The translations under genes were made by a program, and so were the position numbers. A stretch of DNA of 30,130 nt from the IMG/VR virus record IMGVR_UViG_3300026453_000026, positions 1 through 30,130 of that record. One strand, given 5' to 3'. Positions 7,799 through 15,268 of the stretch are shown piece after piece (the stretch's first letter is position 1; each line of letters starts with the position of its first letter). Origin of the DNA: a virus. Taxonomy: Duplodnaviria; Caudoviricetes. The notes under the pieces were generated by a model. The model had not been told where the DNA came from. It did no database searches and saw only the letters and a list, made by a program, of their open reading frames with translations.

Positions 7799-8698
7799 TT
7801 AATTATTAAAATTTGCCCTAACTTGTTCGTTTGGTTTATTTGGTGTTAGTGTTCTAGGTACAAAGTATTCTAATGGGTCGTATATTTCGCCAACTACAAA
7901 AGGCAAACCAAACTCATTGATACTAAAGCTAAACGTTTCAAAGGCGTAACCCCTAGAACGTTTGCAACTTACTGTTATCCATTCTTTATTTACTGTATTA
8001 ACTTCTAGTTGTATTTGTGTTTCTGTCTTTTTTTCTAAGAAACTACCTAAGTGTCCTGTTGGCTTGTCGCTTCCGTAATTACTATGTATTACCGTTACTA
8101 TATGACAATCATATTTTGCTGATAGTTGCATTATTTTTTGAACACATAAATTGCTCTCTTCTAAATTATTAACGTCTGAAACTAAATCAGCAATCCCGTC
8201 TATAACAACTAAACCGTTTTTACCTTTGTTTTGTTCTAAGCAGTGTTCTATAAATTGTATTCGTTCTTTATACCCTACTGTTCTTAGTGCGTATGTGTGA
8301 TAGCAACCTACTTCTTTAGTATTACTCATATCTTGAACACGCTTAAAAACTCGTTGAGCGTGCCAATGTCCTTGTTCTGTATCAAAGTGCATTAAACAAC
8401 GTCCGTCACGATGTCCTTTAATTTTACCTCCAAAGTTATTGCCACCACTTAAATAAACCGAAGCTAGTAATGAAACAAAGAAGGTTTTTTTTGATTTTGG
8501 GGGAGCTTGTACAAAGCTAAAATTACCATAAGTTCCAATTGGAATTGGCATTGTTATTTCCCCACCTTTTGCTTGTATAGTTTTTTCCCCTAAACTTAAT
8601 GCGGTTGGTGGGTATTCCATAACTGCTGCTGTGTCGATAGTACATTCTTCTGCTATCAACTCCATTAACATATTATGTGTAGTTTGTTCTTCTGTCAT
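7799..8698 (-). CDS. AAA/RecA-fold replicative helicase-like protein (AAA_25/RepA-like)
   Basis: Variant Walker A APPKSKKT, FDTEQG, Walker B VVIDG, VIH...GHLGS. Confidence 0.75.
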   Translation of the reverse strand: MTEEQTTHNMLMELIAEECTIDTAAVMEYPPTALSLGEKTIQAKGGEITMPIPIGTYGNFSFVQAPPKSKKTFFVSLLASVYLSGGNNFGGKIKGHRDGRCLMHFDTEQGHWHAQRVFKRVQDMSNTKEVGCYHTYALRTVGYKERIQFIEHCLEQNKGKNGLVVIDGIADLVSDVNNLEESNLCVQKIMQLSAKYDCHIVTVIHSNYGSDKPTGHLGSFLEKKTETQIQLEVNTVNKEWITVSCKRSRGYAFETFSFSINEFGLPFVVGEIYDPLEYFVPRTLTPNKPNEQVRANFNN

Positions 8699-8699
8699 A

Positions 8700-9079
8700 T
8701 TATTGTATTGTTTTATGTTATTTTCTTATGTTGTATGTTATATTTAGGGTTTAAATTTCTTATTAAGTTTCTTTCTAATATATCTATGATTTTATGATGT
8801 TTTGACCGTTTATCAGTATCTTCATACACTTTAAAATTATTAATTCTTGAAATATAAACTTTATCAATATCTTTAGTTAGTCTATGTGACATTAATCTAT
8901 CTCTAACATAAATTGTTTGACCTACATATATTACTTTATTATTGTTAAATAAAACATATACTGTTTTAATATTATCTCTGCCAAAACAAAAATAAGGTTT
9001 ATTATTTTTTAAATCATATTTAATAAAATCTATTCCGAAATAATTAATAGTATTATTCATTCTGTTATTGTATTGTTTT
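8700..9079. repeat. 15 bp direct repeat TTATTGTATTGTTTT (8700-8714, 9065-9079) flanking the GIY-YIG gene
   Basis: Exact match read directly. Confidence 0.85.
8713..9060 (-). CDS. GIY-YIG endonuclease
   Basis: VYVLF...IYVGQT, RLMSH, LERNLIRNLNPKYN; very AT-rich. Confidence 0.8.
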   Translation of the reverse strand: MNNTINYFGIDFIKYDLKNNKPYFCFGRDNIKTVYVLFNNNKVIYVGQTIYVRDRLMSHRLTKDIDKVYISRINNFKVYEDTDKRSKHHKIIDILERNLIRNLNPKYNIQHKKIT

Positions 9080-9090
9080 GTAAAGGTAAT

Positions 9091-9115
9091 AAAAAAGGCG
9101 GTTATTAAACCGCCC
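9091..9115 (-). terminator. Intrinsic terminator after ssb
   Basis: GGCGGTT-TAAT-AACCGCC then T6 on the minus strand; followed by promoter-like TACCTTTA at 9088-9081. Confidence 0.85.
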
Positions 9116-9122
9116 TAGTTAG

Positions 9123-9422
9123 TTAAAATGGTAAGTCGCTTGTTTCAGCTTCTTGTACCACCTCTTTAGCTTCTTCACGTTGAGCCTTTAAAATTTTACC
9201 GTCAGTCCAAACTACTTGACCGTTGCCAATGTAAGTTCTTGGTTTCTTAGCCTCACGTTCTTCTTGTGTTTGACTAATCATAATCGATGCGTTATTTCCG
9301 TAACGTGTTTCGTCATTTACTGACATTGTAAGGTTTACATAAACCGCTCCGTCTTTTCCAGCAATAAATTTTTCCTTTGGTAATTTATCCACTCGTAGTG
9401 AATAGTTGATAATTGCACTCAT
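9123..9422 (-). CDS. Single-stranded DNA-binding protein-like
   Basis: Small beta-rich protein with acidic DLPF C-terminus, next to the helicase. Confidence 0.65.
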   Translation of the reverse strand: MSAIINYSLRVDKLPKEKFIAGKDGAVYVNLTMSVNDETRYGNNASIMISQTQEEREAKKPRTYIGNGQVVWTDGKILKAQREEAKEVVQEAETSDLPF

Positions 9423-9446
9423 AATTTTACTTGTTTTTAATTGTTA

Positions 9447-9839
9447 TTATTTATTATTATTTTTAAAACTTTCGCTTTCATCTTCGCCAAAAACCCCTTG
9501 TTCGTAAAAGCCTGTTAATTTAAGCACTGCCCTAGACATTGCTCGTTTCTCAGCCATTTCTGCAACGTACCAGCTATTGGTTGAAGAGTCTTTATAGTTT
9601 TCGCCTTTTAAGGCACTACCAAAGGTTTCTATTGTTGCAGCACCCTTATGTGCTATCGCTTTAAATACTGCAAAATTTGGCGCACATTGTACTACTTGAT
9701 ATTGTATTTGTATTTTAGCAACCGCCTGTATTTTATCAATACCACTTCTAGTGATTATTAAATAATGTTGATGTTTAAATACATCGTCTTTTGTTAAGTT
9801 ATATTCTTTGTATAACTCTGTTAATTTTTCTTTGTTCAT
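9447..9839 (-). CDS. Putative single-strand annealing (Rad52/Sak-like) protein
   Basis: EMAEKRAMSRAVL motif; adjacent to ssb. Confidence 0.45.
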   Translation of the reverse strand: MNKEKLTELYKEYNLTKDDVFKHQHYLIITRSGIDKIQAVAKIQIQYQVVQCAPNFAVFKAIAHKGAATIETFGSALKGENYKDSSTNSWYVAEMAEKRAMSRAVLKLTGFYEQGVFGEDESESFKNNNK

Positions 9840-9840
9840 A

Positions 9841-9969
9841 TTAATTTGTTTTGATTTCTATTTGTGCTTCTAAAAATTCTACTCTTTTTTCTAATGCTTC
9901 AATTCTAGCATTTAAGTAGTCTATTGTGTCTGGGCTTGATGCTCTTTTAACGTCCTCTTTATAAGTCAT
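9841..9969 (-). CDS. 42 aa coiled-coil small protein, not in ORF track
   Basis: MTYKEDVKRASSPDTIDYLNARIEALEKRVEFLEAQIEIKTN. Confidence 0.7.
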   Translation of the reverse strand: MTYKEDVKRASSPDTIDYLNARIEALEKRVEFLEAQIEIKTN

Positions 9970-9970
9970 A

Positions 9971-10171
9971 TTAAATTTCTTTAAATAATTGATAAGGACT
10001 ATCTACGTCTAATAAAAATTTTAAATCTAAAACTAAACTATAAGGAATATCTCCTACATATTCATAGTTTTCTAATCTGTCAATAGTAAACCCAACCAAA
10101 TCAGGGTGTTTAATGTTTTCTAAATCAAGGTTTTCACTGTACTCTGGTTTTAATCTTTGTAATAAATTCAT
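9971..10171 (-). CDS. Hypothetical early protein
   Basis: First gene after the promoter at 10199-10206. Confidence 0.7.
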   Translation of the reverse strand: MNLLQRLKPEYSENLDLENIKHPDLVGFTIDRLENYEYVGDIPYSLVLDLKFLLDVDSPYQLFKEI

Positions 10172-10198
10172 AATGTATTGTTTTAATTAATATTAAGG

Positions 10199-10206
10199 CA
10201 AATATA
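10199..10206 (-). promoter_or_regulatory. Bacteroidota -7 promoter TATATTTG (early operon)
   Basis: Exact TAnnTTTG in intergenic DNA downstream of a terminator. Confidence 0.7.
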
Positions 10207-10247
10207 AAACAAATAATTCAATAAAAAAAATATAAACACATTATAAA

Positions 10248-10276
10248 CAAAAAAACCACCCTTTTACAGGTGGCTT
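10248..10276 (-). terminator. Intrinsic terminator
   Basis: GCCACC-TGTAAAAG-GGTGGT followed by a T run. Confidence 0.85.
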
Positions 10277-10316
10277 AATTTGGCTGGTTAGCCTATTTTA
10301 AAACAAAAACAATACA
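10248..10316 (-). ncRNA. Candidate small RNA: U-rich 5' seed, small hairpin, terminator
   Basis: TATATTTG at 10327-10320, then TGTATTGTTTTTGTTTTA, hairpin GGCT-AACC-AGCC, terminator; no ORF. Confidence 0.5.
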
Positions 10317-10329
10317 GTACAAATATACA

Positions 10330-10725
10330 TTAAGTATCTAGTTTTTTAATTAACAATTCATATTTTTCTATTAACATTTCTAAATCTGTATTATCTAGCT
10401 TTACAGTTTTATTAGCTTCAATATGTAGTTCTTCTGCCAAACCGTCATAATAAGTGTTGTCTAAGTTCTTAGAAAATTTATATTGTTCGCCATACCTAAA
10501 CACATTGCAACCAGCACACTGCACCTGGCAATTTTTTTCGTGCCACCTAGTAGAATAATGTTTACGACTTTGAAAATGTCCGTTTTGTAGTTTCTTCCAG
10601 TGGTCTTTTTTTCCACAAGTAAAACATTCAGCCACATCATTAACAGCATATCTACGTCTTATATATATACTAAAAACCTTATCTAACTTATCTACTAATT
10701 TTTTGCGTTTTGTTTTTTTTGCCAT
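10330..10725 (-). CDS. NinG/Rap-like junction endonuclease
   Basis: CFTCG, GHFQSR..STRW..N...QCAGCN zinc/HNH-like pattern. Confidence 0.85.
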   Translation of the reverse strand: MAKKTKRKKLVDKLDKVFSIYIRRRYAVNDVAECFTCGKKDHWKKLQNGHFQSRKHYSTRWHEKNCQVQCAGCNVFRYGEQYKFSKNLDNTYYDGLAEELHIEANKTVKLDNTDLEMLIEKYELLIKKLDT

Positions 10726-10849
10726 TTGATTAGTTCTCCTAAGTCTTATATTTTATTTAACTTTTTATATCTATTTATTTTGTATTTGTTTTTTATGCCT
10801 TTAAGGGCAACAAAACATTTAACTAAATGTCTAGTTTTAATAAAAAATT

Positions 10850-10857
10850 CAAAGTTA
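10850..10857 (-). promoter_or_regulatory. Bacteroidota -7 promoter TAACTTTG
   Basis: Exact TAnnTTTG at the late/early boundary. Confidence 0.55.
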
Positions 10858-10888
10858 TATATTTTATTTTAGAAAAAAAAGAAAAAAA

Positions 10889-11368
10889 CTATTTATTTTT
10901 CCAATGCTTAGTAATTTTCTCTGCTGAACGCATTCCAAAATAACCACCGTAAACCAAGAGTAATAAAGAAGAAAGTAAATCAATCCAGTTAGGGTCTATT
11001 TTAAAGCCCTCTAATGAACTATCTAATATAATATAAATAAACAGTGTAGCGGTTAAAAAAGCAAGTGTTAAAGGTCTTATATTGCGTGTTAAGTAACTTT
11101 CTGTATTGTTATCTGAAACCCACCGCTTTGTGGTTTCTTGCATCTCTATTTTATCAAAGTTTAGTTCTTCTAATAAAAGTTGCTTATCTGCTTCGCTTAA
11201 TTTATCGTCTGTACTAATTTTACTAGCTAAAACCTCTAATGCTTCAATCCCTGTAACGTTACCAGCTATTTTTAAAAGTTCTGGTGCTACTTCTTTGCCT
11301 TGCTTTAATAACCAACGTAAAGCATCGCCTACCCTTGTAGTTCCGTTTTCTTTTTTATACTTACCCAT
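10889..11368 (-). CDS. Holin-like membrane protein (3TM-holin-like)
   Basis: RW..D...RNIRP followed by two hydrophobic helices, YFG.RS.EK; next to the endolysin. Confidence 0.7.
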   Translation of the reverse strand: MGKYKKENGTTRVGDALRWLLKQGKEVAPELLKIAGNVTGIEALEVLASKISTDDKLSEADKQLLLEELNFDKIEMQETTKRWVSDNNTESYLTRNIRPLTLAFLTATLFIYIILDSSLEGFKIDPNWIDLLSSLLLLVYGGYFGMRSAEKITKHWKNK

Positions 11369-11735
11369 TCCAACGTGCTTTTGTTTTTCTTATATCATAA
11401 TGTGTAAAAGTCTGGTACATTCCTAAACCGCCTTGTAATATTTCGCCAGATAGCATAAGGTCATTTAAATAGTCGTAAGTATCTAAAACAGGGTCAAGCC
11501 CTTGAATAACAACATCAGCAGCTTTGCCTAGTAAGTGTTGAGAGTTTACAGAACCACCGACCGCTTTATTATGAGCTTCACATCTATAAGCACTATTAAT
11601 TGTTATAGGCATAGCCACACAATCTCTAACATACTGTAATTGGTTTGCTAGTTTAGTTATATTTACTAAAACATCGTTTGGCATTTCGCAACCGCATTTA
11701 CAATCAAACTCGCTTTTTTTGAAGTTTTTAGTCAT
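11361..11735 (-). CDS. Endolysin, peptidase M15A family
   Basis: NF..SEFDCKCG, SAYRC..HN..VGG..NSQHLLGKAAD, FTHYD. Confidence 0.9.
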   Translation of the reverse strand: MTKNFKKSEFDCKCGCEMPNDVLVNITKLANQLQYVRDCVAMPITINSAYRCEAHNKAVGGSVNSQHLLGKAADVVIQGLDPVLDTYDYLNDLMLSGEILQGGLGMYQTFTHYDIRKTKARWNG

Positions 11736-11886
11736 TCTTTTTTTTGTGCGTTTCGTAAATCTTTTGTGCTGTATATCCTATCGATAAAAGCAATAATATA
11801 ATTTTTAAACTATTTTCTATATGTGTAAAGCTTACCCCTAAAGTAAAAGCATTTAATATTCCTATTTTCAAATCTTGTGGTGTCAT
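11728..11886 (-). CDS. 52 aa holin-like peptide, not in ORF track
   Basis: MTPQDLKIGILNAFTLGVSFTHIENSLKIILLLLSIGYTAQKIYETHKKKND: hydrophobic core, basic tail, directly upstream of the endolysin. Confidence 0.7.
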   Translation of the reverse strand: MTPQDLKIGILNAFTLGVSFTHIENSLKIILLLLSIGYTAQKIYETHKKKND

Positions 11887-12221
11887 TACATTTTATTATT
11901 TTGATAGTCTACACCATAAAAAGAATGGACACCGTTACCGTCAGCAACCGCAACCGCATATGACTTCCAACCGTATGGGTGACTTTCTAAATCTTTCCAA
12001 GCAACATCTAAGTGGTATTTTTCGCTTAATACTGCATCTTTTATTTTATTATCTTCGTCATCGTATTGACTTTGCTCTAAAATTATGTTACCAAGTCTTA
12101 CAACGCAATGCGAGTGTGCTGCATACTCGTTTCCATCATCGTCAATTTCAACCCCTAAAGACTTAATTTTAGCATCAGCGGTTTCTTTATCTATAAAATT
12201 ATATTTCCCTATCTTAATCAT
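11886..12221 (-). CDS. Hypothetical protein (possible fibre-associated)
   Basis: 111 aa ORF after the fibre gene. Confidence 0.7.
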   Translation of the reverse strand: MIKIGKYNFIDKETADAKIKSLGVEIDDDGNEYAAHSHCVVRLGNIILEQSQYDDEDNKIKDAVLSEKYHLDVAWKDLESHPYGWKSYAVAVADGNGVHSFYGVDYQNNKM

Positions 12222-12231
12222 TTTATTTTTT

Positions 12232-13341
12232 TTATGCTTTTAACAATTCTATTTCAGCTTTTAACTCTTGTATTGCTTTGACTAAAATTGGAACTAATTT
12301 CCCGTAACTCATTTCAAGTTTATCTTCGTTTTCAGAATAAACAAGTCTTAAAATATCGTTGTCTACCTCCTTAACCTCTTGTGCTATAAAACCAAAGTCT
12401 TTTTTACCTTTGTTTGCTGAATAAAATTCTACATTTTCAGTAATAACCTCGCCATTTTCATCAATTTTAACATCTCCGTTTTCATCAAAAACTGGCTGGG
12501 TTTTTGTTTCAGCTCTATTGTCCCAGGTAAACTCTCTCGGTTGTAAGCTATCAATAAAATCTAAACCGTATTCTAAATCTTTTATATCTGATTTATCTCT
12601 CTCGTCAGATAAAGAGGTTATTGTTGTTACAGCACATCTTAATGTTGAAACACTTGAATCTCCTAAAGTTATTTCGTTACTAACAGTGTTAACACTAGGC
12701 GAACTGTTTGAGCCAATTAAAGTGTTATTAGTTCCAGATGATAAATTTTTTCCAGCTTCATAGCCAACACCAACATTATAATTTCCAGTAGTTTGTTTTA
12801 AACTATCAGCACCTACACCAGCATTATAATTACCGTTATTAGCGTTTTGTCCACTTTGGTTGCCAATAAACACACTAAAAGTGGATGAAAACATTGAAGC
12901 TGAACTACCAATTCTAACATTGTTTCCACCGCTAGACGTATATCTTCCAGAGTTGTTACCTATAGTAATATCAGAACTTCTTGACTTTGCTATATTTCCA
13001 ATAGATACTGAATTCAAACCACTTGCAAACGCTGAAGTTCCAATAGCAATAGCATCTTGACTGTTTGCCTCGCATTGAGCGTTTGTGCCACCAAAAGGAG
13101 AATCTCCTCCTAAAGCTATTGACCTAACTCCAGAAGCTATTGCAGGATTTCCAGAAGGAGTTAAACTCGCATCAGAAGCCATTGAATCAGAACCTGTTCC
13201 AGATACTAATCCAGCTCCGCCACCGCCACCTAAATTAGCTGGGTCAATACGAACGTTATCCGTTCCGTCATAACCGACCAGAAAATCAACGTTTGCTGGG
13301 TCAGTTTTTAAAGTAAATTCACTAAATTTTTTGTTTGCCAT
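12232..13341 (-). CDS. Fibre protein with YadA-like beta-roll repeats and C-terminal intramolecular chaperone (peptidase S74)
   Basis: AIAIG/SVSIG/NxxxG repeats; SDERDK, GFIAQEV, YGKLVPILVKAIQEL. Confidence 0.85.
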   Translation of the reverse strand: MANKKFSEFTLKTDPANVDFLVGYDGTDNVRIDPANLGGGGGAGLVSGTGSDSMASDASLTPSGNPAIASGVRSIALGGDSPFGGTNAQCEANSQDAIAIGTSAFASGLNSVSIGNIAKSRSSDITIGNNSGRYTSSGGNNVRIGSSASMFSSTFSVFIGNQSGQNANNGNYNAGVGADSLKQTTGNYNVGVGYEAGKNLSSGTNNTLIGSNSSPSVNTVSNEITLGDSSVSTLRCAVTTITSLSDERDKSDIKDLEYGLDFIDSLQPREFTWDNRAETKTQPVFDENGDVKIDENGEVITENVEFYSANKGKKDFGFIAQEVKEVDNDILRLVYSENEDKLEMSYGKLVPILVKAIQELKAEIELLKA

Positions 13342-13351
13342 AATTTTTTAT

Positions 13352-13525
13352 TTATTCTATTATTATATTTTCGTTTTGTTGTGTAAGTAAGTAATCACCA
13401 TTTTCAGCTAAAACCTCATCGAAAGGTGTGGGGCTTGGGTTTGCGTAAGGATAATAAATGTTTCCCCAACCATTTTCTGTTGGTAATCCCCACCAGCTTG
13501 TGTTATATATTTCTCCGTATCCCAT
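13352..13525 (-). CDS. 57 aa small structural protein, not in ORF track
   Basis: MGYGEIYNTSWWGLPTENGWGNIYYPYANPSPTPFDEVLAENGDYLLTQQNENIIIE; start overlaps the upstream stop. Confidence 0.75.
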   Translation of the reverse strand: MGYGEIYNTSWWGLPTENGWGNIYYPYANPSPTPFDEVLAENGDYLLTQQNENIIIE

Positions 13526-14688
13526 TATGTTGTTAATTTAATTGCTTCTGCTTCTGTTAATACTCTGTCGTAATATCTTACGTCATTTATTTCTCCATAA
13601 AAATCTGTGTTGCCTAAATTGTTTTCGTTAAATGCAAATTTAGAAAGCCCAATAGGTATATCTTCGTTTGGCGTTTGAGTAGATGCTAAAACACCGTTTA
13701 CATAAAACTTAAATTCTCCAAACTTAAAAGTAATAGCTAATTTATTTTGAACGTCAAAATCTAAAAACGGATAATACTGTGCTATAACATTTCCACTGTT
13801 TACCCTATTTATAAACATTCTAAATTGTGTGTTATTACTTTGCTTACCAATTACAACTCTATCTGTATTACTTCCGTCAGATATTGATATCCTACCAAAA
13901 CTACCATCTTTAAAAGTTTTTTGTATATCAACAAACATAGTCCCCTCATTGCTGCTAAATAAATCAGCATTCCCAGCATCTCCGCAAACATCTTCGTTTC
14001 TTGTTACAGGAGTTCCTAATGTTTCAATATAGCTTGTTGGACAGTTTCCTTGTTCTAATTGACCCCCCCAGACTGAAATGTCAATTATTTCGTCAGAACC
14101 ATTACTAGGGAAAGAACCAATAAATAAAAATAAATTTTGCCCAGTTGTTCCGCTTCCCTGTAAATCTATTCTTTTCCATTCATTCCCTATTTCATAAGAA
14201 TTAACAGCAGTATTTCTACCATAAACAATAATGTTTTGAGTATTTTGAGTATTGCTTTTTAAATAAACAGAGCCAGTGTAATTGCCAGTGATAGAGGTAG
14301 TAGATAATTGAATTAAAGAATAATCACTTCCTGTTGCCTTTGCTTTAAGTCTAGTTGCATTGTTCTCTCCAGTTGGTGAAACAGAAAAGTTTTGTGTCTT
14401 TGTAATTGGCTGACTTCCACTAACGTTACCCCATAAACTAGCATCACTGCTATTTATAGCGTAATTTGTTCTTGTAGGTTCTAATAATAAACTCGGACAG
14501 TTGCTATTTAGCCAATCTAATCTTGGCACATCGCTATTTACCGTTTCAATTAACCCATCTTTGCGAACTCTTGTAGCATTTGAACCCCTACTTAAATCAA
14601 AATCTCCGTCACCATTTACAGGCAAAACCGAATAAACTTTGCTTGTCTTATATGCACTAGGCACTAATGCTAATACTGGTTTTTTCAT
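13525..14688 (-). CDS. Spike/fibre protein with carbohydrate-binding and LamG/concanavalin-like domains
   Basis: PSLLLEPTRTN, WGGQLEQG..PTSYI.T, KFYVNG, GEINDVRYYDRVLT. Confidence 0.7.
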   Translation of the reverse strand: MKKPVLALVPSAYKTSKVYSVLPVNGDGDFDLSRGSNATRVRKDGLIETVNSDVPRLDWLNSNCPSLLLEPTRTNYAINSSDASLWGNVSGSQPITKTQNFSVSPTGENNATRLKAKATGSDYSLIQLSTTSITGNYTGSVYLKSNTQNTQNIIVYGRNTAVNSYEIGNEWKRIDLQGSGTTGQNLFLFIGSFPSNGSDEIIDISVWGGQLEQGNCPTSYIETLGTPVTRNEDVCGDAGNADLFSSNEGTMFVDIQKTFKDGSFGRISISDGSNTDRVVIGKQSNNTQFRMFINRVNSGNVIAQYYPFLDFDVQNKLAITFKFGEFKFYVNGVLASTQTPNEDIPIGLSKFAFNENNLGNTDFYGEINDVRYYDRVLTEAEAIKLTT

Positions 14689-14771
14689 TTACCTTTCTTT
14701 AAAGATTTGTTTTGTTTCTTTAAATAAGCAACTAACTTATTTAAGTTTTTTTTCTTTACTTTATACTTCAT
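14685..14771 (-). CDS. 28 aa basic peptide, not in ORF track
   Basis: MKYKVKKKNLNKLVAYLKKQNKSLKKGK; ATGA overlaps at both ends. Confidence 0.55.
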   Translation of the reverse strand: MKYKVKKKNLNKLVAYLKKQNKSLKKGK

Positions 14772-15268
14772 AAAACCCAACCGTTAAAAACAGTATCTGT
14801 ATCTGGGCTTATATCGTCATTTGTGTTACTTGTGTATTCTGGGAATTTAGATTGATTAAAACATAAATGGTCAACTAACCTTGTACTGTAATAATTAGCG
14901 TATTCTCTAGCTTTACCTACTAAATAATCAACTTCGTTTTTATTTACGTTTTCGGCTGTTTCGCTAGAATGTTTAAATACGCCACCGTTCTTAATTTGAT
15001 AAGCAGCAAATGGAATATAATTAACTTGAGCAAACCATATTAAGGTTGGTTGTATATAGTCGCTTACAAGTGCTAAATAATCCCCTGTTAAAGTACTGTT
15101 TTCAATATCTGTACTTATTCGATTATATAAGTCCGTTCCTAGTAGGTTTTGTATGTCAATTTCTTGACCTAGTTTAATAAACTGAATAAATTTATCTGTA
15201 TCAACATTTCCGTCTAATATAGAATTTCTTACTAAGTCAGTTCTTGATATAAATAATGCTGTTGCCAT
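14768..15268 (-). CDS. Putative head-tail adaptor
   Basis: Helical 166 aa protein directly after the portal. Confidence 0.5.
   Translation of the reverse strand: MATALFISRTDLVRNSILDGNVDTDKFIQFIKLGQEIDIQNLLGTDLYNRISTDIENSTLTGDYLALVSDYIQPTLIWFAQVNYIPFAAYQIKNGGVFKHSSETAENVNKNEVDYLVGKAREYANYYSTRLVDHLCFNQSKFPEYTSNTNDDISPDTDTVFNGWVL

Noticed and set aside
10461-10649. 62 aa minus-strand ORF
   Set aside because: Out-of-frame ORF nested within the NinG-like gene, no supporting signal
12700-13130. Repeats in the fibre gene as CRISPR or DGR template/variable repeats
   Set aside because: Protein-level beta-roll periodicity only; no nucleotide repeat array and no reverse transcriptase seen
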